A stretch of DNA of 64,000 nt from Calditrichia bacterium (GCA_963777955.1 CAVZSQ010000015.1:160001-224000), one strand, 5' to 3'; positions 29,721 to 40,721 are shown, counted from the first letter of the stretch. Program-made: numbers and translations. The notes: a model not told the origin generated them from the letters alone.

Positions 29721-30890
29721 TTATTTAGTTATGAATTTATCACCGATTGAAATTACACCACCATAGATCTTTAAGGCTTTGGCCACACTGTATTTATCAA
29801 AATCTTCGGTAACAATAATTTCACCCAATTCCTGGGTATCCTTGCCTAAAACTTCTCCGGTAATGGGGTGCTTGACCACCTCCCCTTCCTTATAAACCAC
29901 GCATTTCATTCCTCGCTTCAAACCTGCTCCGCGTCCCTGATCCAGCATGATTTTTTCACCATCGATGCGGATAATATAACCCTCAACCAGCGGCAATGAT
30001 TCGGCAATTTTACGAGACAGATTTTCAACGGCATTCTTGACACTCTGGGCGTCCGAACTGCCGGAATAAGCATCCTGAGCTACGATAATAGTTGCCGATT
30101 CGGTATCGATCACCCGGGCATCTATACTGATTGCACCGGAGGCGGCAGCGGCAACACTACCGATAATAATGGCATCCACACCAATCCCTTTACCGATCTG
30201 GGCTGCTGTGTTAGCATCCACCACACCGGAGGCACCTAAACTCTGTTCGGCCAGAATTTTATCCAACTGGGCCCGTTCCATTACTTTAAAGCGTTGCTGG
30301 TTCCACAGCACAGTGATCATTTTATCCAGTACGATATTACCCAGATCCTTACTGGCCCCCTTATTTTCAAACGGCATTACCGCTACACCCATACGCTCAC
30401 CGACTTCTTTAATCGTTTTTTTGCCGATTATCAGATTGCTGTCTTTAGCAGGTGTATCCACTACCGGCTGGGTTGCTGGCTGAGTAATTACCTGCGCTGG
30501 AGCGGTGTCAGTTTTAGGCGGAGGGGCATTACCGCTGACCTGTCTGATATATTCATCGGCACGCGCTGAAGGTGCCTGATCGTTGGATAATTTTAATTCT
30601 CTCAGGGCTTCGGCATTTTCACCAAGATTGTACAGACAAATACCCAATTCACGATGTGGATAATACTCAATAAAATGCATACCGTACGTGCGTACTTTCT
30701 TATTTTCATTGGGATTACCCTGGATAGCCAGCCTGAGGTACGAGGCTGCTGCCTTATAATCCTGGTTACGCATTGCGCTGAGCCCGTTTTCATATGATTT
30801 ATACCACTCGATGGCCCAGACAGAAGTCACATAAACCAGGAAAAGAATCAAAGAGAACAATTTTATGTTCGGATACTTTTTCATATACAA
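29721..30890 (-). CDS. Secreted TPR + CsgG/FlgO-like + FlgT C-terminal-like protein
   Basis: Signal peptide, TPR, P/T-rich linker, VAVMPFEN..RFKVMERAQLDKILAEQ..AAQIGK..GVDAIIIGS, HPITGEVLG. Confidence 0.7.
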   Translation of the reverse strand: MYMKKYPNIKLFSLILFLVYVTSVWAIEWYKSYENGLSAMRNQDYKAAASYLRLAIQGNPNENKKVRTYGMHFIEYYPHRELGICLYNLGENAEALRELKLSNDQAPSARADEYIRQVSGNAPPPKTDTAPAQVITQPATQPVVDTPAKDSNLIIGKKTIKEVGERMGVAVMPFENKGASKDLGNIVLDKMITVLWNQQRFKVMERAQLDKILAEQSLGASGVVDANTAAQIGKGIGVDAIIIGSVAAAASGAISIDARVIDTESATIIVAQDAYSGSSDAQSVKNAVENLSRKIAESLPLVEGYIIRIDGEKIMLDQGRGAGLKRGMKCVVYKEGEVVKHPITGEVLGKDTQELGEIIVTEDFDKYSVAKALKIYGGVISIGDKFITK

Positions 30891-30900
30891 TCTCCGTTAC

Positions 30901-31437
30901 TTATCTATCATATTGAATTAGTGATAATATAGTAAAATTTTCCAATAGTTGCCGTCCTTTTAAAAAAGATAATTCGATCAGAAATGCTAAACCCACTATT
31001 TCCCCCTGCAGGCGCTTTAGCAAATTACAGGCAGCCCTGGCTGTTCCCCCGGTTGCCAGCAAATCGTCAACCAGCAAAACCCGCTCGCCGGGACGTAAAG
31101 CGTCCTGGTGAATTTCGATCCGGTCCGTACCATATTCAAGCTGGTATTCCTCGCTGATTTTCGCTGCCGGCAATTTTCCCGGTTTACGAATGGGAATAAA
31201 GCCGCATTTAAATTTATAGGCCAGCGCCGCAGCCAGTATGAATCCCCGGGATTCGATCCCGGCGATCTGATCAATCCGCTCAGATCTGAAATTATTATAA
31301 ATATTGTCGACGGCTAATTGTAAAAGTTCAGAATTTTTTAATAAAGTGGTAATATCTTTAAACATGATTCCCGGGCGGGGAAAATCCGGCACATCGCGTA
31401 TGGCCTGGCGTAAACGTTCTAGAGATGAAGTTCCCAT
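30901..31437 (-). CDS. apt: Adenine phosphoribosyltransferase
   Basis: PDFPRPGIMFKDIT, GIESRGF, RKPGKLP, YQLEYG, VDDLLATGGT. Confidence 0.98.
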   Translation of the reverse strand: MGTSSLERLRQAIRDVPDFPRPGIMFKDITTLLKNSELLQLAVDNIYNNFRSERIDQIAGIESRGFILAAALAYKFKCGFIPIRKPGKLPAAKISEEYQLEYGTDRIEIHQDALRPGERVLLVDDLLATGGTARAACNLLKRLQGEIVGLAFLIELSFLKGRQLLENFTILSLIQYDR

Positions 31438-31448
31438 TTTTTCAGTTC

Positions 31449-31724
31449 TCAGAATTCGATCTCAAAATTTTTATATTTGTCTTCAGATGGCAGCGTGGTA
31501 ATATTCAGATCCTGTACGTGTGAAAAATGTGGCCCTGTTCTGAGCACCTTGATGAAATGCCCTACCAATTCTTCTTCACCTTCAGCCAATACTTCCACAT
31601 CGCCATTGAGAAGATTTTTTACATAACCGGTTATACCCCGGGCCGCAGCTTCGCGGCGGCAGAAGAAACGATAACCGACACCCTGCACCATACCGCTGAT
31701 GATTATATGTTTAGCCACTTTCAT
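31449..31724 (-). CDS. acyP: Acylphosphatase
   Basis: SGMVQGVGYR, GYVKNL.NGDVE. Confidence 0.95.
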   Translation of the reverse strand: MKVAKHIIISGMVQGVGYRFFCRREAAARGITGYVKNLLNGDVEVLAEGEEELVGHFIKVLRTGPHFSHVQDLNITTLPSEDKYKNFEIEF

Positions 31725-32196
31725 GTGTCGCGACCAGTCTGCTGATTTGCTCGACTGCCTGCTGCGCTGATGTTGCTGTAATTATTTTTTCAGAGATATT
31801 CCAGGTGCCCAGACCCACTACCGGTTTGTTCAATTGCAAAGCAAAAGCAAGTTCGGATAATGTGCCATAACTTCCATTTATCGCCAGCACTGCTTCAGCC
31901 GAATGAATGATTATCAGATTACGGCCGGCTCCCAATCCTGTAGCGATGGCAATATCCACATATTGATTGGCAGTCATGGGATCAACTCCGGGCAAAATAC
32001 CCACGGTCCGTCCGCCGGCACTACGGGCGCCCTTGCAGGCTGCTTCCATGACACCCCCTAATCCGCCACAGACAACGGTATACCCTCTCCTGGCCAATTC
32101 CTGACCAGCCTGAAAAGCCAGTTCATATACCTGTTGATCACAACTGCGTGCCCCGATGACAGCGATCATCAATTGCACCCCTTCGGCCGGCCGCAT
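31711..32196 (-). CDS. TIGR00725 / LOG-family nucleotide-binding protein
   Basis: IAVIG, VCGGLGGVMEAACKGA, VGILPG, GSYGTLSE. Confidence 0.9.
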   Translation of the reverse strand: MRPAEGVQLMIAVIGARSCDQQVYELAFQAGQELARRGYTVVCGGLGGVMEAACKGARSAGGRTVGILPGVDPMTANQYVDIAIATGLGAGRNLIIIHSAEAVLAINGSYGTLSELAFALQLNKPVVGLGTWNISEKIITATSAQQAVEQISRLVATHESG

Positions 32197-33491
32197 CAGG
32201 GATAAATCCGCTGCATCAGCCTGGGAAACGGAATCGCTTCCCGTAAATGCTTCAATCCGCAGATCCAGGAAACTGTACGTTCAATACCCAGACCAAAACC
32301 TGAATGCGGAACCGAACCGTACCTGCGTAAATCAAGATACCATTGAAACGCATCTTCAGGCAATTTATGCGCACGGATTCGCTGCAGCAATGCATCATAA
32401 TCATCTTCGCGCTGGGATCCGCCGATGATTTCACCATACCCCTCCGGTGCCAGCATGTCCATGGCCAGGGCATACGACTCGTTCTGCGGATCACGTTTCA
32501 TATAAAAAGCCTTGATAGCTGCGGGATAATGGTGCACGATAACCGGCCGGTCAAATTTTTCAGAGATAACTGTCTCGTCTGCTGCACCGAAATCGCCGCC
32601 GTAGGTAAAGTCGGCATTAACCTTTTTCAGAATTTCCACGGCCTCGTCATAATGTATTCGTGGAAATGGCGTCTCAATTTTTTCCAGTTTACCGACATCC
32701 CGTTCCAACTTCTGCAATTCCGGCAGCCTGTTTTTCAATACGCTCTTGACCATATGTGTGACAAATTCTTCGGCTAATTTCATATCGTCGTTCAGATCAT
32801 AAAAAGCAACTTCCGGTTCGATCATCCAGAATTCTGTCAGATGGCGGCGGGTCTTTGATTTTTCGGCGCGAAAGGTCGGACCGAAACAGTATATTTTCCC
32901 AAAAGCCATGGCCGCCGCTTCCCCGTATAATTGTCCGGACTGAGTCAGATAGGCATTGCTGCCGAAGTAATCGGTGGAGAATAATGTGGTAGTACCTTCG
33001 GCTGCATTGGGAGTGAAAATCGGAGTATCGATCAGGACAAAATCACGGCTGTCGAAGAATTCCCGGGCGGCGCGGATAATTTCATGGCGGATGCGTAAAA
33101 TAGCATGCTGTAAAGAAGAACGAATCCACAAATGCCGGTGATCCATCAGGAAATCGGTGCCATGATCTTTTTTGGAAATAGGATAATCCTGGGCCAGTTG
33201 CAGGATCTCCACTGCAGTAGCCTGAATCTCATAGCCGATTGGAGCACGGGGGTCCTTTTTTACCCTGCCGGTCAGGCGACAGGAACTTTCCTGCTGGATC
33301 AAGTCAGCGTTCTGAAATGTTTTTTCAGATACATCCCCTTGAAACACCACACATTGAATAGTTGCCGTACCATCCCGCACCAGTAAAAATCTTAGTTTAC
33401 CGCTGGACCGTTTGTTATAAAGCCAGCCCTGCAACGTCACTTCCTGATTTTCATATTGAGCTACATCTTTAATATAGATATTATCCGCCAT
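32196..33491 (-). CDS. asnS: Asparagine--tRNA ligase
   Basis: [52 protein letters not shown]. Confidence 0.97.
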   Translation of the reverse strand: MADNIYIKDVAQYENQEVTLQGWLYNKRSSGKLRFLLVRDGTATIQCVVFQGDVSEKTFQNADLIQQESSCRLTGRVKKDPRAPIGYEIQATAVEILQLAQDYPISKKDHGTDFLMDHRHLWIRSSLQHAILRIRHEIIRAAREFFDSRDFVLIDTPIFTPNAAEGTTTLFSTDYFGSNAYLTQSGQLYGEAAAMAFGKIYCFGPTFRAEKSKTRRHLTEFWMIEPEVAFYDLNDDMKLAEEFVTHMVKSVLKNRLPELQKLERDVGKLEKIETPFPRIHYDEAVEILKKVNADFTYGGDFGAADETVISEKFDRPVIVHHYPAAIKAFYMKRDPQNESYALAMDMLAPEGYGEIIGGSQREDDYDALLQRIRAHKLPEDAFQWYLDLRRYGSVPHSGFGLGIERTVSWICGLKHLREAIPFPRLMQRIYP

Positions 33492-33647
33492 GTCTGGTCC
33501 ACCCTGCTGTCTGATTGTCAGAATCGTTAAAGAATATTCTTTAGTATTTTAATTTAGCAATTAGCCATATTGTATTCAAGGGATTCTTAAACCGCCGTTA
33601 TGGTCGGTTTTGCTGCTCGATATGAAAGAATCGCAAATCCGCTGATT

Positions 33648-34487
33648 TTATTTAGTCAGTATGATCGGTTTCAGCGCTTTACGCATTACCTGCACCGTCG
33701 TACTGCCAATGATCGCTTCGCGGATACGGGAATGGCCGTAACTGCCCATTAACAGCGCTGTAGGTTGCGGACTTTTTTCAGTTATCTGTATGAGCACAGT
33801 GGCAGGGTCTCCGCCTTCCGACCGAAGATTCATGGTGATTTGATAAGGCTGCAAATAATTTCTGGCTTCGCTCAGGATATTCGCACGCTCGAGTTCTTCC
33901 TCGTGTACCGAGACCACTTCCAGTGGTAGTTTTAATTCCTGGGCCAGATATGCGGATAGTTTGAGCGCCTGGGTACCCGATTCACTGCGGTCATAAGCAC
34001 AGGTGAGAGTTTTGAACGGCAGATAAGTTTTATCCACAATCATTAAAGGGGTCTGTATCTGGCGTGAGACCGCCTCCAAGGTAGCGCCAAGTAACCGGTC
34101 ACCCCAGCGGGCGTAATCACCTCGCGCACCCATGATGACCAGGTCCACCTGCCTGGCCAGTTCACAGATCATTTCAACAGGTGAACCTTCCAATTTACCG
34201 CTGTCGAAACTAAGCCCTGCTTTTTGTATCCTCTCCCCTACTTTGCCGAGTAAAGTATCTGCACGCTCATTATGAAATTTATGCGATTCTTCATGAAACA
34301 TATTTGAAGGAATCACCGGCATATATCCTTCGGCACCCGTGTTCAATACCCAATCATAGATGCGCACATCGACAATGCTATAGGCACGGATATGTGCTTT
34401 TAACTTCTGAGCCAGATCCAGCCCATAAGTAACAACTGCAGCAGTATAAACAGATCCGTCGACAGCTAAAAGTATGGATTTAATCAT
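33648..34487 (-). CDS. Universal stress protein (tandem Usp)
   Basis: ILLAVDGS, DLVIMGARG, MGSYGHSRIREAIIGSTT. Confidence 0.93.
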   Translation of the reverse strand: MIKSILLAVDGSVYTAAVVTYGLDLAQKLKAHIRAYSIVDVRIYDWVLNTGAEGYMPVIPSNMFHEESHKFHNERADTLLGKVGERIQKAGLSFDSGKLEGSPVEMICELARQVDLVIMGARGDYARWGDRLLGATLEAVSRQIQTPLMIVDKTYLPFKTLTCAYDRSESGTQALKLSAYLAQELKLPLEVVSVHEEELERANILSEARNYLQPYQITMNLRSEGGDPATVLIQITEKSPQPTALLMGSYGHSRIREAIIGSTTVQVMRKALKPIILTK

Positions 34488-34505
34488 GGCCTTCTCCTCA
34501 ATTAA

Positions 34506-35507
34506 TTAATCCCTGTTTTCGATCTTTGATTCACGGGTCATTAATTCCTGCACGGCTTTGAGGGGTGATTTATCTGCATATAATGTTTTATACACTTGTT
34601 CAGTTATAGGCATCTCTACCTTTTTATGCTGAGCGAGTTCAAAGGCCGACGCGGTGGTATAAACTCCCTCGGCCACCATGACCATGTCTTTTAATATATC
34701 CGTCAATTTGCGGCCCTTGCCAATTTCTTCGCCGACAAAACGATTCCGGGAATGCCGGCTCATGCAGGTCACGATCAGATCGCCCATCCCGGACAGACCT
34801 GCAAAAGTATCCGCATTAGCTCCACATTTAATCCCCAGACGCGTAATCTCAACCAGTCCACGGGTCATCAATGCTGCTTTGGTGTTATCGCCAAATCCGG
34901 CACCATCACATATTCCGGCAGCCAGAGCTATGATATTTTTAAGTGCACCACCCAATTCGACTCCAATGACATCGAAATTAGCATATACACGAAATGTTGG
35001 AGTACTGAACAGGTTCTGGACCAGTTTGGCTACATTCTCTGCATTACTGGCAGCAACTACTGCGGTGGGAATATTTCTGCTGACTTCTTCAGCATGACTG
35101 GGACCGGATAGTACGGCAATCTTGTCAACGGCAATACCGCCCACCCGCTGTAAAACTTCTGACACCCGCAACAAAGATTTTTTCTCGATCCCCTTGGCCA
35201 CACTCACCCAGATCGTTTCGACCGGGATATTCTCACGGATCTGTTCTAAAACGGGACGAATAACCTGGGAAGGTACAGCGACGACAATAACTTCAGCCCG
35301 GGTTAAACTATCTTCCAGCGAATTGCTGAAGGCAATTGATGCCGGGATATCTACACCGGGCAGAAACCGTTTATTCTGACCGGTATTTTTAATATTTTCG
35401 ATATCCTCTTTTTCATAGGACCAGCAGGAAACCTGGTGGTGATTCTGGTTGAGAATCAAGGCCAGACTGGTACCCCAGCTACCGGCACCCAGTATCGAGA
35501 CCTTCAA
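34506..35507 (-). CDS. gpsA: NAD(P)H-dependent glycerol-3-phosphate dehydrogenase
   Basis: GAGSWGT, AKGIE, SGPSHAEEV, GGALKN, GMGDLIVTCMSRHSRN. Confidence 0.98.
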   Translation of the reverse strand: MKVSILGAGSWGTSLALILNQNHHQVSCWSYEKEDIENIKNTGQNKRFLPGVDIPASIAFSNSLEDSLTRAEVIVVAVPSQVIRPVLEQIRENIPVETIWVSVAKGIEKKSLLRVSEVLQRVGGIAVDKIAVLSGPSHAEEVSRNIPTAVVAASNAENVAKLVQNLFSTPTFRVYANFDVIGVELGGALKNIIALAAGICDGAGFGDNTKAALMTRGLVEITRLGIKCGANADTFAGLSGMGDLIVTCMSRHSRNRFVGEEIGKGRKLTDILKDMVMVAEGVYTTASAFELAQHKKVEMPITEQVYKTLYADKSPLKAVQELMTRESKIENRD

Positions 35508-36163
35508 GCAGAACTCTCTTTCTTAGTGAATGATATTTTATTTTCATTACCCTGGATCAATCGTTTGATATTCTGGCGATGAGTGAAAATGATCAACAGT
35601 GCTAATAAGATACTCAGGACGATCATAGCAACAGGAATTTCCAGATGCAAGAGTAATTTATCAGCCAGTAAGATAATTGGCAGTAAAATGGCACTGATTA
35701 TTGAACCCAGGGAAACATAGCGTGTTTTTGCTACTATGAGTATAAAAACTATCAGGCAAATTAAAACTGGAAAGGGTTGCAGACCCAAAACGACCCCGGC
35801 TGCTGTACCTACCCCTTTTCCTCCCCGGAATCCGGCAAAAATAGTCCAGATATGGCCGAGTATGGCTATTATCCCGGCCATGATTTGCCAGTAGATGCGG
35901 GAGTCCGTATCGGACCATAATTGTGGAAACAGACGTATAAGCAGCCAGGCGGCTAAAAATCCCTTCAGGATATCAATTATTAACACAATCAGGCCGGCCC
36001 GCCAGCCCAGTACCCGGAAAACGTTAGTTGCACCGGCATTACCACTGCCGTGTTGGCGTATGTCAATGTTTTTTAAAACCTTGCCCGCAATGATTGCGGT
36101 CGGTACAGACCCTAATAAATAACCGGCAGTGGCCAGAATTATTATGGCAAATACATTATCCAT
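35504..36163 (-). CDS. plsY: Glycerol-3-phosphate acyltransferase PlsY
   Basis: YLLGSVP, DIRQHGSGNAGATN, FRGGKGV, HRQNIKRL. Confidence 0.97.
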   Translation of the reverse strand: MDNVFAIIILATAGYLLGSVPTAIIAGKVLKNIDIRQHGSGNAGATNVFRVLGWRAGLIVLIIDILKGFLAAWLLIRLFPQLWSDTDSRIYWQIMAGIIAILGHIWTIFAGFRGGKGVGTAAGVVLGLQPFPVLICLIVFILIVAKTRYVSLGSIISAILLPIILLADKLLLHLEIPVAMIVLSILLALLIIFTHRQNIKRLIQGNENKISFTKKESSA

Positions 36164-36349
36164 TTCCTTGTCCTTAAGAGCAAATCCTCAAGAATCAAAA
36201 CCTGTCAAAAATATAAGGAATATTTAAAAGAATTTCTTATTATTTAATTTATCCAGTAAAGTATTCAAAAAGTGGCCGGGCCGGCAGGCCAGATCAGTAA
36301 TTGATGGTCTGGCCTGAGCGGAATAATATTGATTACCAGGATTTAGAAT

Positions 36350-37750
36350 TTATTTATTGGTTATGGACAGTTGTTTTAATTTTCTGCACAACCATTCCCT
36401 GCTGATTCCCGCCTCCTCGGCGGTCTTTTTCATATTCCAGTTATGCTTATTCAGCAGTTCGGTGAAGTATATTCTGTTGAATTCGTCAAGGGCCTTCGGA
36501 TGTTTGCTCTGCAAAATCGCATCGATCTCCCTGTGTCCGGTTATCCGGTTCCGGTTATGAAACTTGCGCTGTTGTTTGAAGCGTAAATCGGATGGATGTA
36601 TTATATTTCCGGTACAGAATACGAAAGCATCTTCAATGATATTCCTTAATTCACGGACATTTCCGGGAAAAGTATAATTTTTCAACTGGGCCAGGGCCGG
36701 ATTAGAAAGCACCAGTTGTTTATTGCGCTGGGTATTGAATTTTTCGAGAAAAAATAAAGCCAGCGGTTCAATATCTTCCGGGTGTTCACGCAGGGGCGGA
36801 ATGGTGATTTTAATGACGTTCAACCGGAAAAAAAGGTCTTCCCGGAATCTGTTACGATGTACGAGTTGTTCGATATCCCGGTTCGAGGCAGCCAGGATCA
36901 TGACATTGACGCGGATGGGGCGTTTACCGCCGATACGATAAATTTCTTTTTCTTCAAGTGCCCGCAGCAACACTCCTTGCAGCGGCATGGGCAGTTCACT
37001 GATTTCGTCCAGGAACAAAACACCTTCATGAGCCTGTTCGAATTTTCCCTGCCGGCTGGCATAGGCTCCGGTGAAAGCTCCCCGCTCATGCCCGAATAAC
37101 TCGCTTTCCAGGAGATTGTCCGGAATCGCAGCGCAGTTGATCGGTATGAAGGGGGCATAATTGCGTTTACTCAGCATATGGATAGTCCGGGCAAACAGGT
37201 CTTTACCGGATCCGCTTTCTCCTTCGATTAAACAGGTCGCATGGGCGTCCTCGGCGATCTTCAATACCTTGCCCATCAGTTCCTTGATTTGCCTGGACAG
37301 GCCGATTATCTGGTAGTCGTTGAATTGCTGGCGCACGGTCTGGCGCAATATCTCATTTTCAATGGTCAGATGCTGGAGTTCTTTCTTTCGTTTAATCAGA
37401 TTTTCAACGCGGATCATCAATTCATCGAGAGTGAATCCCTTGACAGCGAAATCATCGGCACCTGCCTGTATGGTGGCAACCGCATTTTCCACCGACTCAT
37501 ATGCAGTCATAGCCAGAATAAGCGGCCGGTACATTTGATTGCGGGCGCATTTGATTACCGCTAAACCGTCATTTGCTTCGGGAAACATCAGATCGATAAT
37601 CACTGCATCGAATTCATCAGTTTCAATAAAATTAAGAGCTTCCTCTTTGGTATCAGCGGTTATGATTTCGAGCCCCTCCTGTTCCTGCAAATGAAAGCGG
37701 ATACCTTTGAGGATCGTCTCGTCATCATCACCAATAAGAATCCGGTACAT
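36350..37750 (-). CDS. Sigma-54-dependent NtrC-family response regulator (receiver-AAA+-Fis HTH)
   Basis: Receiver DDD...IIDL; Walker A GESGSGKD; ESELFGHERGAFTGA; Walker B LFLDEI; FREDLFFRLNV; PGNVREL; HTH TAEEAGISREWL. Confidence 0.95.
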   Translation of the reverse strand: MYRILIGDDDETILKGIRFHLQEQEGLEIITADTKEEALNFIETDEFDAVIIDLMFPEANDGLAVIKCARNQMYRPLILAMTAYESVENAVATIQAGADDFAVKGFTLDELMIRVENLIKRKKELQHLTIENEILRQTVRQQFNDYQIIGLSRQIKELMGKVLKIAEDAHATCLIEGESGSGKDLFARTIHMLSKRNYAPFIPINCAAIPDNLLESELFGHERGAFTGAYASRQGKFEQAHEGVLFLDEISELPMPLQGVLLRALEEKEIYRIGGKRPIRVNVMILAASNRDIEQLVHRNRFREDLFFRLNVIKITIPPLREHPEDIEPLALFFLEKFNTQRNKQLVLSNPALAQLKNYTFPGNVRELRNIIEDAFVFCTGNIIHPSDLRFKQQRKFHNRNRITGHREIDAILQSKHPKALDEFNRIYFTELLNKHNWNMKKTAEEAGISREWLCRKLKQLSITNK

Positions 37751-37777
37751 ATGTTCTACCTTATCTGCTGATACTCG

Positions 37778-39160
37778 TTAAACCGGTAAAATGACCTTGA
37801 AGATGGAACCAACACCCGGTTGGCTGTCAACCTGGATTTCACCGCCATGCAGGTTAATGGTTCGTTTTACCATGGCCAGGCCCAGACCGTGCCCCTGGTT
37901 TTTCATAGAAAAAAACGGGCGGAAAATTGCCTGCAATTTTTCCTTAGGGATACCGCAGCCGGAATCGCTGACAATAATATAAATCTTTCCGGACCATTCC
38001 GTGCTGACCGATACTTCGCCCTTCTCCCGGGTTGCTTCCAGCGCATTCACAATGAGATTTTTTAGCGCCATGAATAACAGGCGGGGATCACCGTTAAATA
38101 TAGGTATATTAGGATCATAATTTCTATTTTTTATTACAGAATTGTGGTTGCTGACCTCGTCGATTGCCTTATTGACCAGGGTGTTGATATCAATAGCTTC
38201 CCTGTTCAATTCTGACGCTTTAGCCATATCCAGAGTCCGGCGTACAAAGACTTCAACCTTTTGCGAAGCCGAGAGGATTTCCTCGCTGTATTTACGTAAA
38301 GGACTGTTTTCCTCTAATCGTCGATTCAGTCCGTCCGCCAGCAAGTGGATTCCGGTCAGAGGATTTTTCAGGTCATGAATTATGTACGAGGCAAATTCGC
38401 CGATCATGATCAATCCCTCGTGGGCGCTGCGCTCATTAATCAGATTCACCAATTGAGCGGATAATTGATTCAGCGAATGAATCATCTGGCCGATTTCATC
38501 TTCACCGTAACCGGTGATGGCCTGATCGAATTTACCCTGGCCATAGGCCCGGGCCAGATTAGAAACAGCGGTAATCGGTTTAACCACCCGGCGGGCCAGA
38601 TAATATGAAAGAATTATACTGAAGATAATGGCCAGCAAACCTATACCGGCAATGGTACTGAAGAGTCCGGTAAACAGATTCTCAGCCAGATATTGAATGC
38701 GGACCGTACCGATTCGTCTATTCAATTGCAGCACGGGTACATAGGTTTCCCAGACAGTTTGATCGCGCTCATCGGTCAGACGCATGAGTTGCAGTTTGTC
38801 TGTCTGCATCGCCTGCACAGTTAATGAATCGCTACAGGTAATACCGCGTTGGCCGGGATCATCGGCGGCAATGACTTTTCCGCTGGAATCCAATAATACG
38901 ATGGATAAAATATCCCGGCTTTCCATCATGCTGTCGATCAATAACTGAATCACGGCATAGTCATCGAGCAGGATGGCATTTAAACTGGTATAGGCCAGAG
39001 TTTTAGCTAAACGGAATGCTTTATCTTCTGCCTGTTTGCGTATCGTATTCTGCTGAAATAAATAGATGGCCATGGAAATCAGCATAATAATCAATGCGGT
39101 CAGACCGGCAAAATAAAGGAAAAACTTCGAGCGCAATTTCAGCTTTTGCCAGATATTCAT
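37778..39160 (-). CDS. Sensor histidine kinase (2 TM, periplasmic domain, HAMP)
   Basis: HAMP VVKPI...DEIGQM; H-box IIHDLKNPL; N-box NLIVNALEA; DSGCGI; GHGLGL. Confidence 0.95.
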   Translation of the reverse strand: MNIWQKLKLRSKFFLYFAGLTALIIMLISMAIYLFQQNTIRKQAEDKAFRLAKTLAYTSLNAILLDDYAVIQLLIDSMMESRDILSIVLLDSSGKVIAADDPGQRGITCSDSLTVQAMQTDKLQLMRLTDERDQTVWETYVPVLQLNRRIGTVRIQYLAENLFTGLFSTIAGIGLLAIIFSIILSYYLARRVVKPITAVSNLARAYGQGKFDQAITGYGEDEIGQMIHSLNQLSAQLVNLINERSAHEGLIMIGEFASYIIHDLKNPLTGIHLLADGLNRRLEENSPLRKYSEEILSASQKVEVFVRRTLDMAKASELNREAIDINTLVNKAIDEVSNHNSVIKNRNYDPNIPIFNGDPRLLFMALKNLIVNALEATREKGEVSVSTEWSGKIYIIVSDSGCGIPKEKLQAIFRPFFSMKNQGHGLGLAMVKRTINLHGGEIQVDSQPGVGSIFKVILPV

Positions 39161-39165
39161 GATAT

Positions 39166-40659
39166 TTAATTGTGTTTATTCAATATAACTGAATTAAAGT
39201 CTAAAATTTGATATGGTGACATGGATATATGCTTGATCCTTTCTGAATCTACTGCGAAATGCGGTATAACATGGTCCAGAAAAACTGCCGGCGTCTCGGC
39301 CAGAATTATCGAGACGATTTCTTTGTAGATTTGATTTCGTTCGTTCATGTCATATTTAGTCTCGGCCAGGTCTAATAAACTATCGACCTTGGAATTATAA
39401 TACTTCAGTGAATTCGCCGGAGATTTCGAATGGAACAGTGTCCATAAAAAATACCAGGGATCGCCGATTATATCGCTGTCATAGGCGTCAAAAAACATCT
39501 GTGCACGATCCGACATAATTGCGCCTATATGTTGAGGCCAGTTTTCGGATTCTTCGGTCTGCAGATATATTCCCGAAGTACGCAACTGTGCTTTTAATAG
39601 TTCAATCCAGGTATGGCGGGAACTTTTATTGGATAGCAAGAAAAAGCGGGTAACCAGGTTACCCTGAAATCCAGCTTCCTTGAACATCTTGCGGGCGAGA
39701 GCGAGGTTCTGGCCTGCCTGGACCGCTGTCCCTAAATTATAAATGGGCGGTAGCGGTCCCACGGCTGGAATTGCATTCCCGCGGTTGGAGTTATAAACCA
39801 GCCGAGGAATATTCAAGGCATATAAAATAGCTTTACGTATACGGGGATCGTTAAAAGGGGCCGCCCGATTATTGAAGCCAATAAAAATTACGTTTAAGGG
39901 CTTATTCGACACATAGTCTATCTTGCCGGTCCATTTCAACCGGTCGATGATCGATCCTGAAATAAGATAAACAATATCTACTTCCCTGTCCTCAATCGCA
40001 TAGGCTGATGATTCATAGTTGCTGTACAGAATGAATTCAATCTTTTTTACCTGTGATAATTTCTGCCAGCATTCCGGATTCTGTTTGAGGATTATTCTGG
40101 TACTGCCTTGCTGCTCATGTATAAAATAAGGGCCGGTTCCGTTACGGTTTTTATTTTTTTCTGTCATTGGCGATTGAATCAGCATGACATAAGGCGAACA
40201 CAGCGCATATAAAAACGGAGCAAAATCATTCTTTAACTGTATTGCAAAAGTCAGGGAATCAATCACGGCTACCTTTTTAATCCGGCCCTGCAGTAACCAA
40301 TTACTTTTTTCGCTGCGGTAGCGTTCTATGCTGTAGAGAATATCATCCACACTCAGCTGATGCCCGTCCTGGAAACGGACATCAGGCCTGAGTGTGAAAC
40401 GATAGATATTACTGTCAGGATTGACGGTCCAGCGCATAGCCAGATTGGGTAAAATAGTCTGGTAATCTGAATCCAACCGTAACAGGGTTTCATAAATCTG
40501 GCTTTGGATTTGCACATCATAAACCCCGTCATGATAGACCGGGTCAAATCCGTGTGGCATCTCCTCGATAGCCATGCGGATAGTTTCCACATCTGCGCAT
40601 GTCCAGGCCAGGACACTACTGCTAATAAATAAAAATATTTTCGTTATTTTTACTTTCAC
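39166..40659 (-). CDS. Family-5 (DppA/OppA-like) extracellular solute-binding protein
   Basis: Signal peptide ending in Cys; QIYETLL..PNLAMRW, FTLRPDVRFQDG, GTGPY, PFNDPRIRKAI.YALN; no permease or ATPase nearby. Confidence 0.9.
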   Translation of the reverse strand: MKVKITKIFLFISSSVLAWTCADVETIRMAIEEMPHGFDPVYHDGVYDVQIQSQIYETLLRLDSDYQTILPNLAMRWTVNPDSNIYRFTLRPDVRFQDGHQLSVDDILYSIERYRSEKSNWLLQGRIKKVAVIDSLTFAIQLKNDFAPFLYALCSPYVMLIQSPMTEKNKNRNGTGPYFIHEQQGSTRIILKQNPECWQKLSQVKKIEFILYSNYESSAYAIEDREVDIVYLISGSIIDRLKWTGKIDYVSNKPLNVIFIGFNNRAAPFNDPRIRKAILYALNIPRLVYNSNRGNAIPAVGPLPPIYNLGTAVQAGQNLALARKMFKEAGFQGNLVTRFFLLSNKSSRHTWIELLKAQLRTSGIYLQTEESENWPQHIGAIMSDRAQMFFDAYDSDIIGDPWYFLWTLFHSKSPANSLKYYNSKVDSLLDLAETKYDMNERNQIYKEIVSIILAETPAVFLDHVIPHFAVDSERIKHISMSPYQILDFNSVILNKHN

Positions 40660-40721
40660 CTACCAACAAATATTTTTAAGTATACACGACTATCATTTTA
40701 CTAATGCTGGAGAGCCTGTTT

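Noticed and set aside
36285..36316. Hairpin CAGGCCAGATCA...TGGTCTGGCCTG after the response regulator
   Set aside because: Could end the operon transcript but has no adjacent U-tract, so not called as a terminator.
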